Shown here piece by piece: positions 50,456 through 62,780 of a stretch of DNA of 64,000 nucleotides; within the stretch, counting starts at the first letter, position 1, and each line of letters starts with the position of its first letter. Position numbers and translations under genes: made by a program. Under the pieces are notes generated by a model, which saw only the letters and a list, made by a program, of their open reading frames with translations, made no database searches and had not been told where the DNA came from. This DNA comes from Lama guanicoe. Taxonomy: Eukaryota. The stretch is taken from assembly GCA_013239625.1 (NCBI GenBank), contig MU054187.1:14108974-14172973 (forward strand), read 5' to 3'.

Positions 50456-52676
50456 AGTAATCACTTTTAAAAAGTGATGTTTATTGCTTCTCCAAACTAT
50501 TCATAGTTGGTATTTTTCTAACTTGGGGGGTGGTAATGAGGGTTAGCATCCTGACTATATCTCTCACCTCGACACTATTCTAAGAGCCACTGCCCTCTGA
50601 TCTGAATCCCAGGTAAGAACCAAGCTAACGTTTATTGAGTCCTTACTATATGCTAGACAGTGTTTTGAGTGCTCTTACATTTAGTAACTCATCTAATTGT
50701 CGTGAAAACCCTATGCAATACACCCTCATTGAGTTAAAAACCAAGATGAAAAAGCATTAAAATAACTTTGCTCCAGATCACATAGCTGGAAAGTGGTGGT
50801 GCTGGGATTTAAAGCCAGTTCAGGTGCTAGGCACCAAGAGAGGTAAACTAAGATGTGACTGAGGTAGTCCTCAGCTCAAGTTTTTGATACTTAATAGTCT
50901 CTACAAGGTGGTTTTCAGGTGGGTTTTTACTCCAGAGTTCTAGAAAGCTATTGGGACAGGACGATGAACTGCTGTGCACACAACTAAACTTTCTCAAGAG
51001 AGTAGCAAGTCTGTGAGTATCTTAAAATTGTATCTAGGCAAATAGAAAGATGTTGACCAAAAAAAGCACACCTGGGTGTAAAATAGACCAACTTCAGTGA
51101 AAAACAGTTTGAATTTCCACCAATGAATGCGATCAGTGATAGAGGACGTAGAGGAATCGGAGTGCAGCGTTAGGGGGGCTAAGCCCAGGAACTGCATGAA
51201 GAGACCCCGTGGGCTGCTCGTTCCCTCGTCATCAGGAAAATAGGTGAACATGCTGAATGGAAACCTCGTGGAAACATCACTGGGTGTAACCTAATGAAAA
51301 CCAGTGTCCCAAAATTTGCTCACCGGGGAATTAAAAAATAAAAATAAAAGCTCAATGATCTGTTCTATGTTTTAACACAGAGGAAAAAAGTCGATCCAAT
51401 TACACCGAGTAAAGTTTTTTTTTGGTAACTGGATTCATTAAGCACAGGATGTGCCCAAACTTCTTCCTGAAAGTACGCTAAGTAGTCTTTGAAGATGTTA
51501 TTGGCTCAATGAAATACATTAATAAACCTAAAAACATCCATATGTTTTAACATGAGTGAGTTGTGAGCATGATACACCCTCTTCCCCCAGAGCCTTCATT
51601 TCCCACCCACTGCCATCTTTATTTCCTTCCGATCCCTTTCTTTTAAGTTTTTTTCTCTCATTAAAAACTACTTATAACTTTATAGCAAGAATTGGGGTCT
51701 ATAAGAAGCTGTCATTAACTCGACAGCCAAATGCCAGAAAAAAGAGAGGAGTTTGGAAAACAAAACTGATTTGGAACAAAGCAGACAGTAAAACTGGCAA
51801 AGAACAGGTTGAGAGCAAACTGCCTGTGGGCACCGGTTTGAGTCTGTGATTCACGACTGATACTAAATGGACTTTGTAAGTAACCAGTCGTCTAACGTGT
51901 AGACGTTAGTTTTTGAATCATCAGTAGTCCTAGAACAAGTGGAAGTCTGACCAAGATACATATTAGACAACTGTGTAATCCACAACAACTGAGCAAACGT
52001 AGCTCAGAAAAAAAAGGGCGAAGAGCAGAGAAAGTTTCCTTGCATTTAACGAAATCGCTTGTGACTCCGCTCAGCGTGGTGTCCGATGACGGTCTTTCCA
52101 GGGTCTGTTTCACAGCGGAGTGGGTAGATACACTCCGTGGGAACGTTGCTGGAGGGAAGAGAGGTCGCTAGACTGAGACTTAGGAAAGCTGTCCCTGCGG
52201 AGTCGAGTTTGGAAACGGATCTGTGAGGAAGAGACAGGGGTGATCAGGCAGGAAGGATGTGGGAGGCCCTTCCAGCCGGGGTGGGGGCGAGAACAGAGGC
52301 ATCCTGAGAACAACGGAGAGAGGGGTCAAGCGTGTGTCGCTTGCGAAAAATGAGAAAAGGAGCCCAACATCACGTGCACAAATGCGGGGAAGGGACAGAG
52401 AAGAGAGGCGTGCCCAGGTCAGGAAGCCTGGAGCGTGAGATTGCTCCAGAAGCAGCATTTGGCCTCAGAAAACCAAGAGCATTGTGCTGCTGGGAGTGTG
52501 AGTGGACGCCTGTGGGTGACCTGGGCAAGGTCTGTCCTTTGCAGCAGGTTTTTGTTTTGATTCAGCAGATGCTGGAACCCTTCAGTGCAACGTTGACCTG
52601 CACAGGCTGAGACTCAGCCCTGTCTCTGAGATCCATCTGGTTGGCGACTAGAGGAGTGAAAGGCCAACGTGTAGAG

Positions 52677-52885
52677 CAGTGGTTCTCAGCTTCCGGGGGA
52701 TTTTGCCCGCGCTCCACCAGGGGACGTTTGGCAATGTCAGGGAATATATTTGGTTGTCACAGCTGGTGGTGGGACGGGAGGCTACTGGCACCTAGTGGGT
52801 AGAGGCTGGAGAGGCTGCTAACCAGCCCCCACCACAAAGACTCGTCCAGGCCAAAATGTCAGTAGTGTCGAGGCTGGGAAACTCG
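52677..52885. mobile_element. MER20 hAT-Charlie element
   Basis: cagtggttctca...gggacgtttggcaatgtc...ttggttgtcacagctgg...gctactggcacctagtgggtagaggc...ccaaaatgtcagtagtgtcgaggctgggaaac. Confidence 0.8.
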
Positions 52886-53270
52886 GAGACAGACTGATCC
52901 ATCCTCTCCCTTCCCTTGTGCTCCACGCCAAGGACACCCCACCCCTCCCCCAAACACACACAGAATGAATTCAGGAATCCAAGTCCGGGGCCCAGTTGTC
53001 AGGGTGTTGGGCTGTCATCTGGAGGCCAGAGAGTGGCTGAATACTGACCACAATAGCAGCTACCAGTGTTGAGTGTCCCATGCGAGGTGCCCTGCTTTAT
53101 TCAGCTCTCAGCTAATCCCTACGCAGCCCTGCCGGCTAGGTCCTCCCAGCTCACACTCACACAGGAAGGAACGCAGACTCAGAAAACGTACCCAGGGTCA
53201 CACAGCCAGTCCTTCAGGGGGCTTAGCCAGGATTTTGAACCAAGTTCTAAAGATTCTAAAGTCCTGTTTT

Positions 53271-53368
53271 TGTTTTATTTTGTTTCCCCTTAATGGAGGT
53301 ACTGGGGATTGAACCCAGGACCTCGTGCATGCTAAGCATGCGCTCTACCACTGAGTTCTACCCTCCCC
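53271..53368 (-). mobile_element. vic-1-like SINE inserted at the end of a MIR-like relic (~53055-53260)
   Basis: ggggattgaacccaggacctcgtgcatgctaagcatgcgctctaccactgagttctaccctcccc; TSD tctaaagtcctgtttt (53255-53270) and tctaaagctctgtttt (53369-53384). Confidence 0.85.
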
Positions 53369-54917
53369 TCTAAAGCTCTGTTTTTTGATAAGATTGGTTC
53401 AGCATCCACTCTGATGCCAGAGCCATTTCAATGTGGAACATTTTGCAGTGGAGGAAAAAACAGGTGTTAAACCCTCAGCTGTTTTAACCAACAGCATTTC
53501 GGTCTGTCCCAGCCCCTCACTTCTTTGATGGCCTGAGGCAGGGTTGATCTGAGCAGGGCTCAGAAATTGATGTTGTTTTTAGGTTTGATGAGGGAATGAA
53601 AACACAGAGGCATTAAATCAGCCTGCCTCTGGCTCTCTCTCCCGTACCACACGGCATTGCTTCCATCATATAGCACACTCGTGTGTGTGTGTGTCTGTCT
53701 GCATGTGAGTGTGGGATGGTGCACAGCCTACATGTATTTTCATATATAACAGGAGTGTTCTAGCTTCCTGACTCCTCCTGTCCCCTCTCCATGCTCTCTC
53801 AACACCGTGTACATTGTTAGCCAATGCCATGCCCTCAACAAGCGTTCAGTTAATGTTAGCTGTTAATATGATTGTTACCATTTCCCCACGTCGGTGCATG
53901 TGACAAGGTGAGGCAATATGGTCCATTTGTCTCTCTCATCTCTGGGACTGCAACCTCCAGTAAGGCAGCGACCGTGTCTTTCTTATCTTTGAAATCCAGC
54001 TCCTGGCACAGGGGTGCCACTCAATAAATGTTTGTTGAATGACTACTCTATGGGAAAGTAAGCCTCCAATACATGGTTTTGATGATTCAAGGGGCCTGGT
54101 GGGCACTTCTACTCAGCACCTCTGTTTCTCAGAAGAGTTGGTGCAATTCTTCAAAGCCATCACTCTGCGGAAACATCAGAGTTGGGTACTTCAAGCAGGG
54201 CGCTTGGTGACTGGTACCAACAGCGTCAAAGAGTCATGGTATTTGTCAGGAGACAACTTGATGGAGAGACACAGCTTTCTCTGCCTTCTGATATACTTCT
54301 ATTTTTTTAATTATTAAAATTCAAAATAACAACATAAATGTTAAAAACTTAAACATTTTAATGTGTGTGTTTGTGGTATCATCATTTTAAAGTAAAAGTT
54401 AATTTAAACTCCAGTCAAAGAAGAGAAAGAAGCAAGGTGTTGCTCTAACTGTCCCACCACCTCCTTATTTCTAAACGAAACGTATGGTTAGAAAGTTGAT
54501 CTTGGTGTTAAAAAAACAAACAAATAGGTCCTTGAGTCAGTAAATAGGGCTTTTGTTTTCTTTTTTTGCACTGATACGTACAGTGCAAATTAAAGAAAAT
54601 GGTTTTTGTAGTTCTTGGCTTGGTAATCACCCTGGAAAATGATTGTGGAATGTGAGTGATTGCAAGAGATTGTTTATTCCATTACTTTCACCCTGACCAA
54701 GCCCACATCTTTCTCTAAAGTATGTCTTATTTTTAGAGCTTATAAATCAAATGTATTGTTGAGAAGGAATGAAGCATGAAATGCACTGGCAAGCAAAAAC
54801 CCAGCCTTATTCAGCAGTCCTGACACACCAGAAACGAAAGTGTGGCCACTAAGTCTGTTCTCTCCATGAGGCTCTAGCTTTGGACCCCTTTTGAGATATT
54901 TATCATGTGTTATTGTT

Positions 54918-54989
54918 AAAAAGAAAGAGAGAGAGAAAGAGAGAAAGAGAGAAAGAAAGAAAGAGAGAAAGAAAGAGAGAAAGAAAGAG

Positions 54990-55039
<50 letters not shown>

Positions 55040-55066
55040 GAAGGAAGGAAGGAAGGAAGGAAGGAA

Positions 55067-55124
<58 letters not shown>

Positions 55125-55183
55125 AGGACGGAAAGAAAGAAAGAAAGGAAGGAAGAAAGGAAGAAAGAAAGGAAGGAAGAAAA
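54918..55183 (+). repeat. Compound purine microsatellite (GA)n/(GAAA)n/(GGAA)n
   Basis: Direct reading: ~265 bp of almost pure A/G. Confidence 0.95.
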
Positions 55184-56065
55184 ATCTACTTTTCAAGAAT
55201 ATTTGTGATTTCAACAAATAGGCAGCAGGAAAGATAAAAACCAACAGTTCATTCTTATTCATTTCAACATTTAAGACCACAAGTTTTAAATATGTAAATC
55301 CCATGGGAGATATATGCATATTTAAAATGAGCATAAAAATAAGACTAAGCAGAAGAAAATAATTCATGAACATACGATCACCTCCAGGTCTAGGGAGAAA
55401 GTGTATGTCCTTGGCGAATCGCTGATCCTTTCTGCACCACAGTTTCCTCACCTGGGAGATAAAGTTGTTGAACCCTGGTTGCCCCATCCTTTCCTGGTCT
55501 CACATGCCATGATCGCCTCTTCCTCACTCCCAAATCTATTAACCACCTCAGAAGTCATACATATGTTGCAGAACACTGATTACAGCCATCTGAAGGGGTG
55601 TGAGACCCGGAGATTCCCGTGGGCATTTTTAAGTCAGCTGGGTAATGGGACCAGCTTCCAAGGGAAATCGAGCTGCTCAGAGAGGGACCAGCTCTGTGGC
55701 ACATTAATGCTAATGAGCTGAGCTTTCATACATGATGGAAAAACCTTCCCTTCCCATGTTTTTGCTGATGGCATCCTAGTGCTTAAAGAGCCTCTGTTCC
55801 TTGTCCCCCTGCCAGAGGCCCCAGCCCCGGGGACTGTCAACTGCCCATGGCCATCCCGCTTTCTGACTTTGAACCTTAGGCTCAGCACTGCAGATTTGTT
55901 TCCTCCGCCGGGTTATACCTCATTCAGATACATACCTTAAAACCCATGTATGCCTTTCATTTGGGCCCTAGTGACTTTATGCTTTGAAAAGTTTTTATGT
56001 CTATTAGCTCATTGATTGTTTTGAAATGGCAGCATCCAACAATAATCTCAGAACATCCGGTTTCT

Positions 56066-56482
56066 TTTTGTATTATTATTATTTTTTAAATAACATATTT
56101 ATTGTGGTATGGTTCCTGTACAGTAAACTACACATATTTCAGATGTACAGCTTGCTGAATTTTGATAAATGTATACACCAATGAAGCCAGTACCACAATC
56201 AAGAGGTGCAATTTTCGAATTCTCAGTTTAACCCTTCCCACTTGCTTTACCCCCTGGTAACCATAAATTTGTTCTCCGTGTCTGTGAGTCTGTTTCTGTT
56301 TTGTAGATAAGTTCATTTATACCCTTTTTTTTTTTAGAGTTCCACATTTAAGCAATATCATATGGCACTTTTCTTTCTCTTTCTGGCATACTATTATTAT
56401 TCCTCTTTATTTTTATTGAAGTGTAGTTGATTTGCAATGTTAGTTTCAGGTGTACAGCAAAGCAACTCAGTTACATATATAT
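56066..56482 (-). mobile_element. Composite L1-derived insertion (three L1 pieces) between one TSD pair
   Basis: Flanks gaacatccggtttct (56051-56065) and gaacatctggtttct (56483-56497); T-rich tail at the left end. Confidence 0.7.
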
Positions 56483-57352
56483 GAACATCTGGTTTCTAAA
56501 CAGAGTCCTATTATAAAACAAAAACCCAAACCTATGTGTTTCCCTTTGCCTTAGTTTTCTTATCTGGATAAATAAGAACTCATCATAGCCTTTGCTTCTG
56601 CCCTCAGATACAGTAAGGGTAACATGAGATATAAATGCAAAGGAGTTCTGCAAAGTTTTTGCTCAGCATCATATCAATATAAAGTAATATTCCACAGTGA
56701 AATTAGTGTTAGGACGATCTCCAAGAAATACTTTTCAGTGCGTGTGATGCCTCTTCATGTCAGGTGCCTGATGAATGACAGCCTTCAGACCCAAGTTAAC
56801 GGAGCGGTGGGAAAGAATTCTCCCTCTCCCCATGCCTCCCACCCCATCTTTTCTTCTTGCCTGAAACATCTGGCAGCCCTTTGTAGTTCTGGATGATTTG
56901 ATTTGGAATTCATTAGTAATAATTGATGTGCTTTCTGGAATTTGTTTAAACAGTTAATCGCATGGTGAGTAGCTAAGTCAAAAAGGATTGTTTGAATGGA
57001 GTCTGCCAACCTGGTAGCATTGAGATGGGCAAGAACGGAGTGGCTGGTGCCTGAGGTTTAAAGGGCGACCCCAGCCCTGCCCCTCACCCACTGGGGGCCT
57101 GAAGGAGCTTATCTGTCACAGGGGAAGCTTGGTTTCCTTGTAGGTTTCCTTTTAAAACTCTCTTTTGGCAGGGATGGGGGGACAACCGAAGACATTTGTA
57201 CTTTAATGACCGTCAGTGATGGGGCCACACAAATATGCAGAGCTTGGAACTGGCATTGGAGAAGGTTAAAATGTGGAAATCTGGAAAAGAAAGTGTCCAT
57301 GCAGACAACTCTAAGCATATAGGGGAGGATTCCTCTAAGGCAACTTGGGGGC

Positions 57353-57548
57353 ATGGGTTCTTCATTCTGGGGGTCATGGACCTCCACGAGAATCTGATGA
57401 GAGCTGTTGTCAGATGTGTGCCACATGCATAAGACATAAGTATGAAGATGTTTGTGTGTGTCTTTGTGTGCAAGTTGATTGGGCATACAATTGTGAGGGG
57501 TTCCTAGACCTCCTGAGGTGCATACAAGGACTCGGGTTAAAAAGCTCT
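57353..57548. mobile_element. MER103-like hAT element
   Basis: ggggtcatggacctccacgagaatctgatgagagctg...gcatacaattgtgaggggttc...gggttaaaaagctctg. Confidence 0.55.
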
Positions 57549-57644
57549 GAAATAGTGATGGTAAAATAATAAGAGGAAGGAGGTTTGTGCTGGAGAATCT
57601 TTGGAAATAACTGAATTACAGCTGGTATTAAAGTCCAGACTAAG

Positions 57645-58385
57645 AGTCCAGCAATCCCACTTCTAGGAATATTTCTGAAGGAAACAAAAAAAGCTATGTT
57701 GAATAGATATCTGCACTCACGTTTAATAATAGCCTTATTTTCAATAGCCAAGACATGGAAATAACCCAAGGGCCCATCAATGAATGAATGGATAAAGAAA
57801 ATGTGATATGTGTGTGTGTGTGTCTGTATATATATGTGTATATATGTGTGTATTTGTATATATATGTATATATATAATGAAATATTATGCAGGCATGAAA
57901 AAGAAGGAAATCTTGCCATTTGGGACAACATGAATGGACCTTGAAGGCATTATGCTAAATGAACTAAATCAGACAAAGACAAATACTGTATGATCCTTCT
58001 TAAATGTGGAATCTAATAAAAACCAAACTCATAGAAACTAAACAGATTGGTGGTTGCCAGTGGCAGGGGCAGGGGAGTGGGTGAAATGGGTATAGGGGTC
58101 CAAAGGTATAGTCTTCTAGTTATAAGATAAATAAATTCCAGGGATGCAACAGATATCATGATGACTATAGTTAACAATACTGTAGTGTATATTTGAAAGT
58201 TAAGAGAGTAAACCTTCAAAATTCTCATCACAAGAAAAAAAATGTTTGTATACGAGATGATGTATGCTAACTGGACTTACTTTGGTAATCATTTTGCAAT
58301 CTATACATATATCAAATCATAATGTTGTACACGTTAAGCTAATACAATGTTATATATTAATGATATTTCAATAAAACTGGAGAGA
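57645..58385 (+). mobile_element. L1MA-type ORF2-end/3' UTR fragment
   Basis: ccagcaatcccacttctaggaat...atagccaagacatggaa...aaattctcatcacaagaaaaaa...atttcaataaaactgg. Confidence 0.85.
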
Positions 58386-59840
58386 GGGGAAGCCAGAAAA
58401 AAAAATAGAACCTTCTATATAAGATCACAGCACTTGCAGGATACACAAATTTACTACCAGGATACCTCTAAGACAGTCCAGTGATAAGCAAATGAGATTG
58501 ACATTTTTACAAGTTGCCTAGATCAAATGTCACTCGCCTAAAGCCATAGCCGCTGTACATCTATTTCCAAGGTATAATTCCTTCGAATCTGGGATCAACA
58601 GATTGTAAACTGGTTTTATTAAGTAGCTGGGTGGTATGCAGTGCTTTCATAGAAGTTCTAAGCTACTGACAAAATACATGTCAACGTGGAAATATTCAGT
58701 GGGAAAAAGTAGTATTTTTGCTTCTGTAATGATAGGAACAAGGTTTTTTATCCAGCAATTAGTAAGATGTTCTGTACGAAAGATTGGGAACCATTGCCCT
58801 AATGATCACCCAGAGAATATTGTAATTTATCCAAAGAATCAGTTTTTAGGAGTTTCCCCATTTCTGAAATAGGGCACAGTACTGCAGCAAGTGGCCGCTT
58901 AATGCAGAACAAATTTTGAGGTGTCAGATTCCTTTGAAAATGTGAGTCCAAGATGGAAACACTAACTGTAAACCCTGAGGTTACAGGAGACTTTAGAGAT
59001 CAATAAGGGAGGGAAAGGACATTGCAAAGGAAGTCTGAATCCTCTCCTTAATGTGGATTTGTTTTGTTTTGTTTCGCTTTGATTTTAGATCCAAACAGTA
59101 TTCTTTAGTGGAGAGCAGATGTTCGGTAGGAACTGGAAATATAAGTTAAATCAAGAGTGTCCCTTGCTTTGCGGTCAACACACAGAGTCAGAACAAACAA
59201 AAAAAAAAGGCCTCCAGAGAGTCCTCCTTTGACTGGCCTCTCTCTCCAGGTGGCATGAAACGAACACAGCCTCCCACACCAGCTGGGCCCTGCATCTTAA
59301 GGGAGGTGGTCTTGCCGGGCGTGGGCTGGAAGCATGCAGCTTGATGGTTTGCACTGCATCTTCAGATGCTGTCTTCACAAAATATGAGGACCACTTAAAT
59401 GAACCCCTTTTTATAATAAACTCAATTCAAACGGGAATCCATCAAGCTTCATGCTTTTAAAAAAAATTCTTATAACTAGTCAATTTACCCTGTTTTTCAC
59501 AAAGTCTATGGTGACACTTCCTGACTTTCTCTGTGTTTCCCCCACTGGGTTATTTTTTCAATCACCTTTTGAGAATATAGCCCTCCTTTGGAGACCAGTA
59601 GGAATAATCTCTGAACAGGAACTGTATGATGACACATCTGGAAAGTTCAGAAAAGAAACTCAGAGTGGCCAGGGTGGTTTTTTTCTGAAAAGCCCTGCAA
59701 AGTGCCTAAAAAGCTTTCTTGTGTTGGAGGTCCACATGAGAACTTTGGTCCACCTCACCTTCAGGCAAAGCAACTCAGCTCTCTAACCCTCAGTGTCCTT
59801 ATTGTGAAATCCTCTTCCAAAGCAAATTGGATTAGGTCGT

Positions 59841-60367
59841 TGATAAATTAGAAACCGTGGCGAGTCTGAGATTCTGCTCCATTTGCAAGCTAACAAGTTA
59901 GCCTACCACGGATTTGTGTAGTTATATGACAGAAGACTCTGGGTCAGAGATACAGACCAGTTCTTACTCACAGCAGAAGAAACAACCAGAGCGGTATCTT
60001 GCTTTGTTTCCTCAGAATGACAAGAGCCACATGATACCCACGTGTACAGTGGGGTGTATCAGAGGAGAGGAACTCTGAAGTTAGGAAAATTTGATTTTAT
60101 ATAGGGCTGCTGGTAACCAGCCCACCCTTCCCTCTAAAGAGAAAGATTATATATTACTTTGGAATGTAAACTAGGCTCCTCCAGGGAGCGAAAGAAAGGG
60201 GCTTTATCTTTATTACACTGGAATGTCTCCAGAGAAGAAGAGAGACATCTCTAAGCTTTATTATCCTGGAATGTCTCCTTATACAAACAAGGGCTATAAA
60301 TGCCTTTGCTCGGAGGACCTGGGCCATGCAGGAATATGGGGAATCCATAGACAAGTGTCTACCAGCA
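59841..60367 (-). mobile_element. MER89-like ERV1 solo LTR
   Basis: TG...CA ends; ttgcaagctaacaagttagcct and ctctgggtcagaga match the reverse complement of the recalled MER89-type LTR; internal repeat gctttat...ctggaatgtctcc. Confidence 0.7.
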
Positions 60368-60419
60368 GTCATTTGCTTGCTCAAAACCCTCGGTCGTTTT
60401 CCTCTGTAACTAAAATAAT

Positions 60420-60895
60420 AGCCGACCCTGCCTTGTCGTGGTCTAGGAGACCGACTTGATCTGATCCCTTCCTACCTTTCCAATCTCGTCTCATTCGTCT
60501 CCACTAGGCTCCAGCCACCTTGGTTTCTCATATGTGTGTCTTGGACATTTCAAGTTTATTTTTACCTTGAAATTCTCGAACTTGTTGCTGGAACGCTATT
60601 CCCTGGGACCTTCCCATAACTGATTTCTGATCTTCATCTAAGACACACAATGCAAGTGTCACCTCTGCAGGGAAGCCTTTCCTCTCCCAACATAGTCCTT
60701 CTCTATTACATCACCATCTCATTGTCTTCATAGCCTTTGGCATTTTTTTCTGCTCACTTCTCTGTTTGCTGTCTGTCTGCCCCTGCAAGAATGTTAAGTC
60801 CTATGAGATTAGAGAACTTTGTACTCAATTTTTAATCTATTAGCTAGAACAATATCTGGCTTATTTTACAAAACATTTGTTGAATGTATGTTGAA
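60420..60895 (+). mobile_element. L2 3' fragment
   Basis: ctccagccaccttgg...gtcacctctgcagggaagcctttcc...agaatgttaagtcctatgag...acatttgttgaatg. Confidence 0.6.
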
Positions 60896-61180
60896 TCTAT
60901 AAAATGGGGATAATGATAGTTATTTCATAGAAGCTTAATTTACCGAATATAAACATGTTTGTAAATTATAGGTAGATATAATGGAACTATATTAATAGTA
61001 ATATTGGGTCCAATCATGGAGGTGAAGTTGTGATGTAAGAGTCAGCACTGCACTGAACTCTAAATAGTCAGCAGTCGACTCCAGAACATAGCTTCCTTTG
61101 GCAGAGGACATGTATTAAATTCAAATCAATTCAAAAATCAGTAGGGACTTGGTACTCATTTGTGTATGCTTCTTACTTTT

Positions 61181-61712
61181 TCTTTTTTGTATTTTTTTAA
61201 ATTGAAGTAAGTTGATTTACAATGTTGTGTTAGTTTTAGGTGTACAGCATAGTGATTCAGTTATACATTATGCATATGTAGGATCTTATTGTTTTTCTAT
61301 TTTATATATAGTGGTTTGTATCAGCTAATCCCAAACTCTTAGTTTATCTCTCCCCCTTTCCCCTTTGGTAACTATAAATTTGTTTTCTAAGTCTATGAGT
61401 CTGTTTCTATAAATAAATTCATTTGTGTCATTTTTTTTAGATTCCACATATAAGTGATATCATATGATATTTGTCTTTCTCTGTCTGACTTACTTCACTT
61501 AGTCTGATAATCTCAAGGTCCATCCATGTTGCTGCAAATGGCATTTCATTATTTTTATTGCTGAGTAGTATTCCATTGTGTGTATGTATGTGTGTGTGTG
61601 TGTATATACACACCACATCTTCTTTATCCAGTCATCTATCAATGGACATTTAGGTTGCTTCCATGTCTTGGCTATTGTAAGTAGTGCTGCTATGAACATT
61701 GAGGTATACATA
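61181..61712 (-). mobile_element. L1 3' fragment
   Basis: attgaagtaagttgatttacaatgttgtg...tttagattccacatataagtgatatc...ggacatttaggttgcttccatgtcttggctattg; short flanking repeat ttactttt. Confidence 0.85.
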
Positions 61713-62179
61713 TTACTTTTAATCTATTTGTGAAAAACTGTAGAAATGCATAAATAAATTTGATGCAGCCATATTTTAAAATTTTCTTCAAAGCTTTGCC
61801 CAGTAGGGGACTGTACACTCAGTAAATGTATATTAAAATGAATTGACTTAATTATTCAATATGTAAATAAAACTGCTGTTGGGCCACAAAGATGAGTTTC
61901 TTCATTCAACAAATATTTATTAAGAGTTTTCTGTTAACAGGATGCTGTACTAGGCTCTGGGAATTCACCAATGAAGGTGAGTATCTGTCTTCAAGGAGCT
62001 CATTTTAATACCAGATGGAGGCAGGTGAATGAATTGCCAAATCGAAGGTAATATTAATATCTAGTATGACTGATGGGAAGCAGAAAATTCATATTCTTTT
62101 TCTGATTTGGCTCATGACTTACTTTCTCAATGGTTCTCTTTCCCCATCTGTAAAATGGGTATTCTGGGCTCTATTCCCT

Positions 62180-62780
62180 CCTCACCACCCTAGTCTGGGC
62201 CCTCACTTTCTCTTGCTTCTCTTGGACCAGTGTGACTATCTCTTAATTGTTTTTTCTCCCTTCAGTCTTGGACCTCACAAATCTACTCTCTTTTCTTACT
62301 GAATCAAATCCAATCTTTTTAATAGGGCACAGAAATTTCTTCATGATCTGGCACCTGACAAATCCCCTAACCTCATTATGTTCTTTCTTGCCTCACAATC
62401 TACATTCTAGATATGTTGACCTGCTCTTACTCTCTGACCTTACTCTATTCTTTCAGACTTCTGTTCTTTGCTTGTCCTGTGCTCACAGACCAGAAAGCCT
62501 GGAGCACTTTTCTTTCCTACACATGACCATCCTCACCTGCTCAGGCTAGGAGGCCATCCCTGATCCATCTTCAACCCCTCTCCCTTTATTTTGGCTCTTG
62601 TCCATGCGCCTTGTGTTTGTCTCCATCGCTGCACTCACACGCTTATGATTTCCTCTGTGCATATCTGCTTTCTCCACTGTTCTCACTTCTTCTGCTAGAA
62701 ATGGTGTCTGAGTTAGCCTTTCATCTTTAACATCTAACCTGTTAAATGACAGAATCGATGCTCATAATATTTGTTGAAGG
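62180..62780 (+). mobile_element. L2 fragment
   Basis: Pyrimidine-rich L2-like motifs ending gctcataatatttgttgaa. Confidence 0.5.

Noticed and set aside
54891..55487. KERK-rich and FFLS-rich ORFs
   Set aside because: Translations of the (GAAA)n microsatellite.
60155..60280. Short repeated units (ttatta...tggaatgt) with spacers
   Set aside because: Internal repeats of the MER89-like LTR, not a CRISPR-like array.
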